A stretch of DNA of 64,000 nt from Bdellovibrionota bacterium (GTDB taxonomy: Bacteria > Bdellovibrionota_C > UBA2361 > OMII01). Location: contig JBIJBE010000005.1 of NCBI GenBank assembly GCA_044345405.1, positions 32,001 to 96,000 on the forward strand. The letters are read 5' to 3'. The position numbers and the translations under genes were made by a program. Of this stretch, positions 10,626 through 20,070 are shown in pieces. How positions within the stretch are numbered: the first letter of the stretch is position 1; the number at the start of each line of letters is the position of its first letter. A model generated the notes under the pieces. It did no database searches. It was not told where the DNA came from and was given only the letters and a program-made list of their open reading frames with translations.

Positions 10626-12773
10626 TTAGAGATTCATCGCCATCGCTTCGACCTGATCGAAGACATCCTCTGAGCGAACGAAAGCGCTTCCTGAGACCTC
10701 ATCGTACTCAACTTGGATGAGATGTTGCACCCCATCTTTTACATCGTCGAGGTGCGTGATGATAAGGATCTGCTCGAATCGATTTCGCAACTTCTCAAGA
10801 AGAGCGAGCACATTCCCTCGTCGCCCCTCATCGAGAGACCCGAACACCTCATCGAGGATCAGAAGCGAGAAGTGTTGCCCGGCGCGCTCAGCTAACATAT
10901 GTGAGAGCGAGACGCGCATGCACAAGTTGAGGATATCCTGTTCTCCACCACTGATGACCGATTTAGCTTCGCCGTCCTCAACAACGGTGGGAGTAAAATC
11001 CTCCGCCAATTCAACGGCGGTGTATCGTCCATCCGTAAGATCCGCGAGATACTCGCTCGCCAACTCAGCCATTCGTGGCCGAATCGAGGAGTTCACATAC
11101 TTTCTAAACTCGGTAACCATCCGGTCACACTCATCGCAGAGGCGAACATCTCGACGGAGACGCTCCACCTCCATCTGCCGCTCGGTGAATTTCGCGATCT
11201 CTGATTTCGTTCGCTCTACCAACGCCTCTTTAGTGTTGACCTCTCCCTCAAGACGCACTCGCTGCAGTCGAGCAACCTCCACGAGACGCTGAGAGGCGTC
11301 GAAGGCACCCTTCTCACGGTTATAGTCCTCCTCAGAGAAACGAAGCTCAGCCATCCGCTCTGAGGCGAGTCGCTTATGCTCCTCAGCGAGCTTCCTCTCG
11401 CCTTCAACCACCTCACGTTCCTTTAGCAACGACTCAATCTTACTTTGCAACTGCACACAGAGCTGCAACTCTTGAAGCTTTGTCTCAGCGTGCTTTACTT
11501 TTTGCTCTATCTCAGCTCGCTCTTGCGCGATAGCGAGTGACGATTCAGGTCTACCCTGAATATCTTTGAACGCTCTCTCAAGATCTCGAACCTTGCCCGC
11601 GAGCGCTCGTTGCTCTCCCTGAAAGTGCTTCCGAACCTGCTCAAATGACTCGCCAAGCGACTGACCGCACGTTGGGCAATCACTTCCACCTTCGAGTTCA
11701 CCGACCTTTGAAACACGCTTCTCAAGTTGCGAGTATTGGGCCTTCGCCATATCTCGTTCAGCGGCGGCCTTCGAAACGGCCTCACGCCAGGCGAGCTCAA
11801 CGGTTCGCTCCTCCTCAATCTTGGACGCCAACCGCTCCCGCTCAACCGTTACCTGTCGTTTCGCCGCGGAGATCGCGTCATCGAGACCACGAGACCCCGA
11901 GAGAGGTTTAAGAATCTTGAGTAAATCCTCCTCTGCCAACGAGATCGTGGAGGTCAGGTCTGAGAGCCTTCGAGCACGTTCATCCAATCGAACCACCGCC
12001 GACTGAACGCTCTCCCTTTCTCGGAGGAACCGGGTCCGAAGCTCTTCAAGCTTCACCATCTTTTCTCGAAGCGCGTTAAAGTCGGACTCGGAGTTCTGCA
12101 AGGTCTTCTGCGCCTCGGCGTGACGCTCCCGCATCGCGGTCAATTCGTTGGCCTCAACCTCAAGTCTCTGCTCGATCTCTTCTCTCGTACCGAGGCTCGC
12201 CTCATATCCTGTAAGAACCGCTCGCTTCTCCTTGCGATCCCCTCGAATAAGCTCCTGAACCTCCTCAAGGCGATCGTAGCCCATCATGCGAACGATGAAC
12301 TTCTCACGCTCGGTGGCGCCCTTTTTGCCGCTTAAGAACTCCAATCCCTTCTGCTCGGTACAGTAGGTTGAGATAAACTCCTCATACGACATCCCGACAA
12401 TAGCGCTTATGCGCGCGGAAACATCACGACTTCCAACGGCGACCGGTTGAGACTCGCCACCGATGTAGATAGAGGCGTCATTGAGCGATCGCTCGATTCG
12501 AAATACAACGCCGTCATGCTCAAGGGTAAGCTCAACTCGAAGATCCTGCTCTTTTTTCCCGCGGCCCGTTTTCGCTGGAGCGGTGCGAGTTCGAACATCC
12601 TCGACACGACCTCGCAACGCGCGCGAGCCGTAAATCGCGAACCCGATCGCCTCAACGATCGTTGTCTTTCCTGACCCGTTCGTACCGATAACTCCAACCA
12701 AACCATCGGGAAACTCAACGTGGGTTGAGACGTGCTGTCGAAATAGATTGAGGGAGAGGCTACGAAGCTTCAT
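10626..12773 (-). CDS. sbcC: SbcC/Rad50-family SMC ATPase
   Basis: Walker [10 protein letters not shown], coiled coil, zinc hook CPTCGQ, signature ISGGEQ, Walker B/D-loop [15 protein letters not shown]. Confidence 0.9.
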   Translation of the reverse strand: MKLRSLSLNLFRQHVSTHVEFPDGLVGVIGTNGSGKTTIVEAIGFAIYGSRALRGRVEDVRTRTAPAKTGRGKKEQDLRVELTLEHDGVVFRIERSLNDASIYIGGESQPVAVGSRDVSARISAIVGMSYEEFISTYCTEQKGLEFLSGKKGATEREKFIVRMMGYDRLEEVQELIRGDRKEKRAVLTGYEASLGTREEIEQRLEVEANELTAMRERHAEAQKTLQNSESDFNALREKMVKLEELRTRFLRERESVQSAVVRLDERARRLSDLTSTISLAEEDLLKILKPLSGSRGLDDAISAAKRQVTVERERLASKIEEERTVELAWREAVSKAAAERDMAKAQYSQLEKRVSKVGELEGGSDCPTCGQSLGESFEQVRKHFQGEQRALAGKVRDLERAFKDIQGRPESSLAIAQERAEIEQKVKHAETKLQELQLCVQLQSKIESLLKEREVVEGERKLAEEHKRLASERMAELRFSEEDYNREKGAFDASQRLVEVARLQRVRLEGEVNTKEALVERTKSEIAKFTERQMEVERLRRDVRLCDECDRMVTEFRKYVNSSIRPRMAELASEYLADLTDGRYTAVELAEDFTPTVVEDGEAKSVISGGEQDILNLCMRVSLSHMLAERAGQHFSLLILDEVFGSLDEGRRGNVLALLEKLRNRFEQILIITHLDDVKDGVQHLIQVEYDEVSGSAFVRSEDVFDQVEAMAMNL

Positions 12774-13935
12774 ACTTAGCCTCCACTCGAGTTACATACG
12801 ATTCAAGCAATGAGCCGATCTCATCTTGGCTCGCGCCGGGAACCTCAAAGCCCTTACTGAACTCTCGTAATTGATCCTTCAACAATCCCTTCCCCGCCTG
12901 TCCGACCGAACGAGCAAGGGGTGATTGCGAGGCGAAGGTGATGTCGAGGGTTAGATTCAACGCCCGCGCTCGCAGGACGCGCAGCTCCTTGTGATCAAGG
13001 TGGCGATAGGTCTCTCGGGAGAGACCACGAACCTCGAGGCGAACGATCTTGCCATCCATACCTCCAGCGATCGAATCGAGCCTATCCCGGATGAGCTCCA
13101 TAACGTCTGCGGGCTCAACGCCTTCAACGTCGAGGGGCTCAAGCACCGCAATCTCACGCGGCGACGTGAGGGGATGAAAGGTTCGCTTGCCACCGGGAAG
13201 AAGAACTTCAAGGAACCCTTTACCTATCGAAGCCTCACTCCAGATATTATTGGCGGTATGCTCGAGCGCGCCGGAATAGGCGGCGTTCAGCGCCACAGGA
13301 CGGTGAATGTGCACGTGACCGAGCGCGATATAATCCCATTCATGAGGCGCCAGAGCCTTGAGCTCAACTTCAGCGCCACCGAAGTCACTCACCCAGCGCT
13401 CATTCACCTGCCCATGCACGACGAGAATGTTATGCGCGAATCGGTCGTCGGCTCGTAACGTCACCGTATCGATCTCAAGCAACGCCGTATGCGGCAAACA
13501 CGAGACGGCGAGGCTCTTGTCCTTGAAGGTAAAGACCTCGAAGCCACTCTCCGCGACATAGACGTTCTCTATCTCACTAAAGAGCTGCAGCACGGAGCCC
13601 GTGTCAGCTCGCTTCGGCGTCTCGTGATTACCAGCGACGATAATAACTGGCGCTCCCGTATCTCGCGCGAGTCGTCGCAATTGTCGGAAGCAAAAAGTCA
13701 CGATCGAGTTTGAGGGACGCACCGCGTGAAAAAGGTCTCCAGCGATGATCGTGACGTCGGGTTCCAAGGAGATGATTCGCGTGATCGCCTCTTGGAACGC
13801 TAAATTTACATCGAGCTCACGTTGATTGAGTCCCGACTTGGAGAGCTTATTGTACCGACGATATCCCAGATGGACATCCGCCATGTGACATATGCGAATG
13901 GGAGGTTTTGACGTAGCGCTTATCGGGGTGGGCAT
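12760..13935 (-). CDS. sbcD: SbcD/Mre11-family nuclease
   Basis: Metallophosphoesterase motifs ADVHLG, AGDLFH, AGNHE, YIALGHVH; overlaps the sbcC start. Confidence 0.9.
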   Translation of the reverse strand: MPTPISATSKPPIRICHMADVHLGYRRYNKLSKSGLNQRELDVNLAFQEAITRIISLEPDVTIIAGDLFHAVRPSNSIVTFCFRQLRRLARDTGAPVIIVAGNHETPKRADTGSVLQLFSEIENVYVAESGFEVFTFKDKSLAVSCLPHTALLEIDTVTLRADDRFAHNILVVHGQVNERWVSDFGGAEVELKALAPHEWDYIALGHVHIHRPVALNAAYSGALEHTANNIWSEASIGKGFLEVLLPGGKRTFHPLTSPREIAVLEPLDVEGVEPADVMELIRDRLDSIAGGMDGKIVRLEVRGLSRETYRHLDHKELRVLRARALNLTLDITFASQSPLARSVGQAGKGLLKDQLREFSKGFEVPGASQDEIGSLLESYVTRVEAKYEAS

Positions 13936-14090
13936 AGAAAGGAACGCTAAAAAATGGCTAAACGGAATCTAACCAATCCTTCTCGGGACTTCAACGAAGA
14001 AGAGGCGGGTTAGCTACCATTATTGGTGGAACATACGGGGAATTTGCCCTGGCCCAGGGAGCTGGGGTTCGTGGAAACACGCGCCGAATC

Positions 14091-14885
14091 TTAGACCGAG
14101 GTCGACGTGTCGCTTTGACCCGAGGTGGCAGTCACTTCAAATTGAAACACCCAAATCCGTACATCCCCATGAGGGGCTGTGCGCAACCTACACGCGGATT
14201 GATAGCCATGCGCCTTCACGTCGCTCGGAAGCTGGACAGTCCGGTCGATGGTCACGAGGGGATTCCTTTGTAATGCGTCACGAATCTCGATGTAGAGGTC
14301 TCGATGCATCAGTCTAACAGCGAGCTCCTCCGCGCGAAGCGCGGGCGCTCCCTCAATCACGCGCCCCAGCAATTCATTGCAGTAAGCTAACGAACCGTCG
14401 CTTCGCTGAGCGAAGATCGCCTCATGGTTGAGCTCCTCAATCGCTCGCCGCAACCCGAGGATATTCACAACCTTTTGTCGATGCTCGTCGTTCTGACGGC
14501 GAGCCTGACTCAAACTGATGTGATTATACACCCGCGCGAGAAACGCGGTGCGATCGAGCGGTTTCGTCAGGTAATCGTTCGCCCCTGTTGTCAGTCCGCG
14601 AACAACATCTTTGCCATCAGTGCTCGCCGTGACGAGCACAACGGGAACGGAATCAGCCGCGTGGCGCTGTCGAATTTGACGCAAGAGATCAAAGCCATCG
14701 ATATCGGGCATTGAGATGTCGAGCAAGATAAGCGCGGGGATCTCTTTATCGATGAAATCCATGCACTGCGTTCCACTACCGCATTCAACGGCGTCGTACC
14801 CGCACGCGGCGAGGATCGAGGTTGCCATACCTCGACTGACCGGACAGTCGTCGACCACGAGAATTGACTGCTGTTTTGATGCCAT
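14091..14885 (-). CDS. Response regulator (receiver domain plus PAS-like C-terminus)
   Basis: ILVVDD, LILLDISMPDIDG, VLVTA, GANDYLTKP; the C-terminal part is only tentatively PAS-like. Confidence 0.8.
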   Translation of the reverse strand: MASKQQSILVVDDCPVSRGMATSILAACGYDAVECGSGTQCMDFIDKEIPALILLDISMPDIDGFDLLRQIRQRHAADSVPVVLVTASTDGKDVVRGLTTGANDYLTKPLDRTAFLARVYNHISLSQARRQNDEHRQKVVNILGLRRAIEELNHEAIFAQRSDGSLAYCNELLGRVIEGAPALRAEELAVRLMHRDLYIEIRDALQRNPLVTIDRTVQLPSDVKAHGYQSACRLRTAPHGDVRIWVFQFEVTATSGQSDTSTSV

Positions 14886-15011
14886 ACCATTTCCTTATGC
14901 GCGACAACTCATGCGGGGCGCGTTCCCCTACCAACGGTGGCTCAGCTCTTGCAATCGTCGGTCTACGCGCAATCCTTTAGGAATGGGAGTTCCAAAAAGC
15001 CAAGGGAATAC

Positions 15012-15569
15012 ATGACCTTAGAAACCAACCCCTTAGAGCAACCTGCCAAAAGTGCGCAGGAGTTGCGGGGCGACGCTCCAAATTTGTCCACAGGATGCGT
15101 CCTTTTGGGCATTCTTAAGTCTATCGAGAACGAACTTCGAAAGAGGGAGCACCTCTGGTCCTCCGGTACTCCCCCAACCCCGCTCTGGTTTATCGCGGAG
15201 ACCGAACGAAACATCTTTCTGTGGCGAACGAACCAAAGCCTCGACGACGCTCGAAAGTATAGCTTCTGGGTCGATATACGAGGACTCATTAGTAAACGAC
15301 GGGAGCAACTCTCACGACCTCAGGATTCCAATCCGTTCACAAACCCCCTATGGGGGAGTGGCGCGCTCGATCCCTGCCTCGTTGAACGGGAGCGCGACTA
15401 CCTCGACGCCCTTGAGGATCTCATCCCCAACGCGTTCCGAAAAGCCGAGACGCTGAGTCGCGCCAGTGAATCTCTCAGACTTGAGATCGATCCTGAGGCG
15501 GTCCGCGCCGTTATCATCATTCCGACGCCTGGCTCGGGGCCCCTTCCGGCGAAGCCGCACGAACCGTAA
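15012..15569 (+). CDS. Hypothetical protein
   Basis: ORF (track start 14937); AAGGGA before ATG 15012; no motif recognised. Confidence 0.55.
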   Translation: MTLETNPLEQPAKSAQELRGDAPNLSTGCVLLGILKSIENELRKREHLWSSGTPPTPLWFIAETERNIFLWRTNQSLDDARKYSFWVDIRGLISKRREQLSRPQDSNPFTNPLWGSGALDPCLVERERDYLDALEDLIPNAFRKAETLSRASESLRLEIDPEAVRAVIIIPTPGSGPLPAKPHEP

Positions 15570-15620
15570 GGAAGCTTTCGAATATCGTGCCCTGCCCCCG
15601 TAATTATTCACGGACATGCC

Positions 15621-15748
15621 CACGTAAACGTACCCGAAAAGGTACCGTTGGAGTTCCTCCTGAGTCAGGGGACCATGCCCTTTAGAAAAATATTGCGCTG
15701 ACCTGTCCCGTGGCTCGTTCACGTTCACGTTTACGAGCACGTTCACGT
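15621..15748. repeat. Inverted pair of degenerate hexamer (CACGTT/CACGAG-type) tracts
   Basis: CACGTAAACGTACCCG at 15621-15636 and CGTTCA CGTTCA CGTTTA CGAGCA CGTTCA CGT at 15716-15748; the same family recurs at 60555-60637. Confidence 0.7.
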
Positions 15749-15842
15749 CCGGATACCTCTCGCACCTACCATTTTCTTAGGGGAGCGCTTTAGCGATCTT
15801 TGCTATACTCTAGGAGCAGCAACCCCGTGCCCTGGGATACCT

Positions 15843-16985
15843 ATGACACACGCATTCATCGACCCCCTTGTCATCGAGACCGTCACACGACTCTGCGAGA
15901 CAGAGATTCCGAAGTACCAGAGCGACGAGCACTACAACACCATCCCACGCGCGCTGTTTACAGCGATGTGCGACGCTGGATTAGGAGGTCTCAGTATTCC
16001 TGAGGAGTACGGTGGTATCGGAGCGAGCGCGACGACAAGCGCCGCTGTGTATGAGACCATCTCCCGATACGACGCCGGACCAGCTATCTTTCTCTCCGTA
16101 CATTCCATGGTATGCGGCCTCATCGCTCGCCACGGATCTGAAGAGCAAAAACAGATCTACTTGCCCAAACTGGCGTCAGGAGAGCTCCTCGCGGCGTTCG
16201 CGCTTACCGAGCCACACGCTGGCTCTGATACCGCCGCGCTCGCCACTGAGGCGAAGATTACGCCCGAAGGCTTCACACTCAACGGAAATAAGTGTTACAT
16301 CACGAGCGCTGGATTCGCGGACATATACCTGACTTTCGCGAAGACCGAGGACGATTCCACATCCGGACTCTCAGGATATATCGTGCCAGCCACCGCCCAG
16401 GGCCTCTCATGGGGTAAACCGGAGAAGAAGATGGGAGCGGAACTCTCGCCGATCGCGTCCCTTTTCTTCGATAACGTCATAATCCCAAAGAACGCCCTCC
16501 TTGGAGCGCTCCACGGTGGACGCAAAGTCGCGCTCTCTGGGCTCGCCGGAGGACGGGTCAATATCGCCGCGTGCGCGAACGGGCTCTCACGTGCGGCGAT
16601 CGAGGACAGCGTGGCGTACATGAAGGAGCGACATCAATTCGGAAAAGCGCTCGTTGATTTTCAAGGGCTCCAATTTATGCTCGCCGATATGCACACGAAG
16701 CTCGCCGCGGCTCAACTTCTTACCGTGAACGCCGCGGGAGATATCGACGCCCTCGCGAATGGAGATACCTCCCGCAATACGAAGCTCTCCTCATCAACCG
16801 CGAAGTGCTTCGCCACGGACGCGGCGATGGCGATCACAACCGATGCCGTTCAACTCTTCGGCGGAGCGGGGTATATCAAGGACTATACCGTTGAGCGCTA
16901 CATGCGCGACGCGAAGATGCTCCAGATCGTTGAAGGCACAAACCAGATTCAGCGGGTCATCATCGCTCGTGAGCTAATCGACTAA
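15843..16985 (+). CDS. Acyl-CoA dehydrogenase
   Basis: FALTEPHAGSD, NGNKCYIT, GGRVNIAA, QLFGGAGY, QIVEGTNQIQR. Confidence 0.92.
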   Translation: MTHAFIDPLVIETVTRLCETEIPKYQSDEHYNTIPRALFTAMCDAGLGGLSIPEEYGGIGASATTSAAVYETISRYDAGPAIFLSVHSMVCGLIARHGSEEQKQIYLPKLASGELLAAFALTEPHAGSDTAALATEAKITPEGFTLNGNKCYITSAGFADIYLTFAKTEDDSTSGLSGYIVPATAQGLSWGKPEKKMGAELSPIASLFFDNVIIPKNALLGALHGGRKVALSGLAGGRVNIAACANGLSRAAIEDSVAYMKERHQFGKALVDFQGLQFMLADMHTKLAAAQLLTVNAAGDIDALANGDTSRNTKLSSSTAKCFATDAAMAITTDAVQLFGGAGYIKDYTVERYMRDAKMLQIVEGTNQIQRVIIARELID

Positions 16986-16996
16986 GATACGTCGCG

Positions 16997-17992
16997 CTAG
17001 CTCGATCGGTTTTTCATATCCACTACTCGCAAGAAGGTCGTCGGATCAATATTTGAACCACACACGATCAACGCGCAGGTGTAGTCAGTCAGCCGATCGC
17101 GCTCTTTAAGATACGCCGCGACCGAGAGCGCCCCCGCTCCCTCCACTACGAGTCTATGCTCATAAAAGAGGTATCGCATGGCAGCGCTAATGTCCTGCTC
17201 CTCGACGAGGATCCACTGATCGATCAACGCCTTGCACATATCGATAGTTATCGACCCCTCCTCAACGGAGCCCGCGGTGCTATCAGAGAGCGTCTCAAGA
17301 TGCGCCGTAAAATCATCTGAGATACCGGTCACCCTGTCATACATCCCCGCCGAATTAGCGGGAGAGACACCGACGATCCGAATAGAGGGCTTGACCGCCT
17401 TGAGATACGCGGCGACCCCGGCGACGAGTCCACCACCACCGACTGCGACCAAAACGACGTCGACATGCGGAACGCGATCGAAGAGTTCAACAGCGATCGT
17501 GCCTTGTCCCGCGATGACCCACGGGTCGTTGTACGGAGAGATGAACGTTTTACCCGTCTCGCGCGTGACTTGTCGCGCCTTGCGCTCGCACTCATCATAC
17601 GATTCTCCAACGATATGCACGGAGCACGAATACTCCTCTAACATCCGTTTACGCGCCGGATCGACGGAGCGGGGAAGAAAGATAGTCGAATTAACACCGT
17701 GCACCTCTGACGCCATGGCGACACCGAGGCCGTGATTGCCCGCTGAACACGCCACAACTCCCCGGTCACGCTCCTGATCGGAGAGCGCGCTGAGACGATG
17801 GAGCGCTCCTCGAGCCTTAAAGGAACCGGTGATCTGCTGACACTCCAATTTGAGCCATACCTCTCCCGCAGAACTCTCTAATGAGCGCGCCCGTTCGACA
17901 CCCGTTTCACGGATATATGGTTTGATAACACCATGAGCTTGGCGCACACTCTCATGGCCAGCGAATACGGTTGTACGTGGTGTTTTACTCAT
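16997..17992 (-). CDS. PLP-dependent threonine/serine dehydratase family protein (no ACT domain)
   Basis: KLECQQITGSFKARGA, SAGNHG, IAGQGTI, VGGGGL, EGAGA; ATG 17992 chosen (track start 18028). Confidence 0.88.
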   Translation of the reverse strand: MSKTPRTTVFAGHESVRQAHGVIKPYIRETGVERARSLESSAGEVWLKLECQQITGSFKARGALHRLSALSDQERDRGVVACSAGNHGLGVAMASEVHGVNSTIFLPRSVDPARKRMLEEYSCSVHIVGESYDECERKARQVTRETGKTFISPYNDPWVIAGQGTIAVELFDRVPHVDVVLVAVGGGGLVAGVAAYLKAVKPSIRIVGVSPANSAGMYDRVTGISDDFTAHLETLSDSTAGSVEEGSITIDMCKALIDQWILVEEQDISAAMRYLFYEHRLVVEGAGALSVAAYLKERDRLTDYTCALIVCGSNIDPTTFLRVVDMKNRSS

Positions 17993-18058
17993 GGGTTGTA
18001 TGGTGCGCCGAATCGCGAATAAGCGCACCCTTGTAGTGAGGCATGATTAGTCGGCAGC

Positions 18059-18421
18059 CTAGGATCTCCCGCGAATCCCCTCTAAGGTCGCCGGTCCGGG
18101 CACCACGCCAAGGACGTGCTCTACCGTAACGATAGATCGTGGTTGATCGTTCGAGACGAACTCGAGTCGAGGATCACCGTGCGTTTTGGAATGAAGAACG
18201 TGCGCGGCCATCACAAAGCCGACGAGGCTGGCGTAAAAGGCGGCTCCTGAGCCGAGCAGGAACGTTCTCATCTTGGGAGAGAATTCGAGCCCCTCAACTG
18301 GGGTATCAGGGGGAAGATCGATAACATCCCGACCACGATGGTATCTCATGCGAAAACAGGTTTCACACAACCGGTCCGCGCTACCATCCGCAAGGCCACA
18401 CCGATAACATCCACAGCTCAT
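18059..18421 (-). CDS. Small membrane protein with N-terminal CxxC...CxxC zinc-ribbon-like motif
   Basis: CYRC...CETC followed by one hydrophobic segment (FLLGSGAAFYASLVGFVMAA). Confidence 0.55.
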   Translation of the reverse strand: MSCGCYRCGLADGSADRLCETCFRMRYHRGRDVIDLPPDTPVEGLEFSPKMRTFLLGSGAAFYASLVGFVMAAHVLHSKTHGDPRLEFVSNDQPRSIVTVEHVLGVVPGPATLEGIRGRS

Positions 18422-18554
18422 ACCGACTACCTCATCAGGATGGGTCGGCGGAATATCGGCAAAACTAAAGGGTTAGGGCTCAATTCACGTAACACGCTGA
18501 ATTGGCGAACGAATAGCGATGAGCACTGACGCTCCGGAGAGGGCTATCCCCCTC

Positions 18555-19964
18555 TTAACACGAGGTGCTGTTAATGCACTTGTTCGCCTCGAACGGCCCG
18601 TAGCAAACGCTGCCCACCTTCATATAGATCTTGGAGGAACCGGAGCTCTGCACGGCTCGAGCGGCAACCTGCGCCCCACCATACGGGGTGCTCTTCGCGC
18701 ACCGAATGCCCGCATAGTAGCGAGCAGCCCAGCCAGATCCTACCCCGTACAATCCAAGTTTCGCGATCACGTTACCGTTCATATCGATTGCGTCGATACA
18801 CGAGGGGAATGGGCCTGAAGCGCCAGGCTTCAATATCAATCCGATCGTTTTGGCGCGAACGTCAGTGAAGTGTTTTGACCCGAAGGTTTTGTAGATGTGC
18901 GTGCCTGGCATCCGCGCGAATGAGGAGCACTGAGCCGGCGGACCAGCGGAGGGATCACCTCCACTCGATGGAGTACTTGTGGGCGCGGGCGCGGTGACCT
19001 GAAGCCCAAGTGAATTAATGTTGACCTCATCGACAGGAATTCCACCAAGCGCAGTCGTCTCAGTCAGATCGATATCACGAGGATTAACAATCGTCGCGAC
19101 ATCCCCACCCTCATAGAGAACCTCATAGCCTGGCCCTTGAAGAAACTCACCCACAACGCTCGTTCCCGTACCAGCGAATACGCTTGAGGATACAGCGCCG
19201 CCCTCAAGGTTAAAGACCTTGACGGATGTCTTTCCCCCACTTCCAACGCTAAATCCGAGCAGGTCAGTTCCTGAGGTCTGACGCACCGGGAATGGTCGTG
19301 GGCGATTTCCCTGGCTCGCGAATTTGGGGAGACGAGAGAACTGTTTTACCGCTCCTGAATTAACATCCATCATCCGCGCGAGTGTCTTGGCGTTTGTCCC
19401 CGTTCGGGTGAGACCGATCCAATCGACCGCGGCACCGCTCTCAGCACGCGCGTAGAAAACTCGATCTCCCGCGTCACCGAACTGGAATGTCTTCTCAACG
19501 GGCGTGTCCACGGCGAAGAGATCGAATACGATAGTCCACTGAGCCTTCTTGTTTTCGAGACGAACCACGGCGGCGTCAGCGAGTCCATTACCGTTAAAGT
19601 CAGCCCCCGAGACAACGAGGTCCCCCTTCTTACCCAGTACCTTCGTACGGACGTTGCCACTCGAGTCTCGAATGGACCACTCGATCTGGTTGCTTGTGGC
19701 ATTGAGGGAAGCGACACCTATCTGGGTACCCCCCGCTACCCACTGGGCCATCGCGATCGCATCACCCGCCTTTCCGAGCGAGCCGAGAGCCATCTGTGCC
19801 TGGGATGTCGAGAGTTGGGCTATCCATGTCAAAGATTTGTCACTTTCGATCTGTACCCAGGTGCGGTCCGAGATACCGTCCCCGTCGAAGTCGTTGGGAA
19901 CAGCGGCATGGGCGTTCGACGCTACCATCAGGCAACCAAGCAGGCCGATTGATATTTTTTTCAT
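18555..19964 (-). CDS. Secreted protein with FG-GAP/VCBS-like repeats and a Cys-containing C-terminal domain
   Basis: Signal peptide MKKISIGLLGCLMVASNAHA; DFDGDGISD and ADFNGNGLAD repeats; Pro/Thr/Ser linker; six Cys in the C-terminal domain. Confidence 0.75.
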   Translation of the reverse strand: MKKISIGLLGCLMVASNAHAAVPNDFDGDGISDRTWVQIESDKSLTWIAQLSTSQAQMALGSLGKAGDAIAMAQWVAGGTQIGVASLNATSNQIEWSIRDSSGNVRTKVLGKKGDLVVSGADFNGNGLADAAVVRLENKKAQWTIVFDLFAVDTPVEKTFQFGDAGDRVFYARAESGAAVDWIGLTRTGTNAKTLARMMDVNSGAVKQFSRLPKFASQGNRPRPFPVRQTSGTDLLGFSVGSGGKTSVKVFNLEGGAVSSSVFAGTGTSVVGEFLQGPGYEVLYEGGDVATIVNPRDIDLTETTALGGIPVDEVNINSLGLQVTAPAPTSTPSSGGDPSAGPPAQCSSFARMPGTHIYKTFGSKHFTDVRAKTIGLILKPGASGPFPSCIDAIDMNGNVIAKLGLYGVGSGWAARYYAGIRCAKSTPYGGAQVAARAVQSSGSSKIYMKVGSVCYGPFEANKCINSTSC

Positions 19965-20070
19965 AGATCCCCAAAAACGTTTGACGGCCGCGCGACGATA
20001 CTCGTGGCTTGAGCGCTCGTAAGACGCGCTCGCTCCCCCTACCTATTCAAACTTCATGCCTTTTTATGGA

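Noticed and set aside
10626-13935. SMC ATPase plus nuclease as an anti-phage or Wadjet-type system
   Set aside because: The zinc hook and Mre11 motifs identify ordinary SbcCD; no kleisin/KITE or other defence genes are adjacent.
15348-15746. ORF starting MNVLVNVNVNE (and 60525..60779)
   Set aside because: The VN repeats are just translations of the hexamer DNA repeat.
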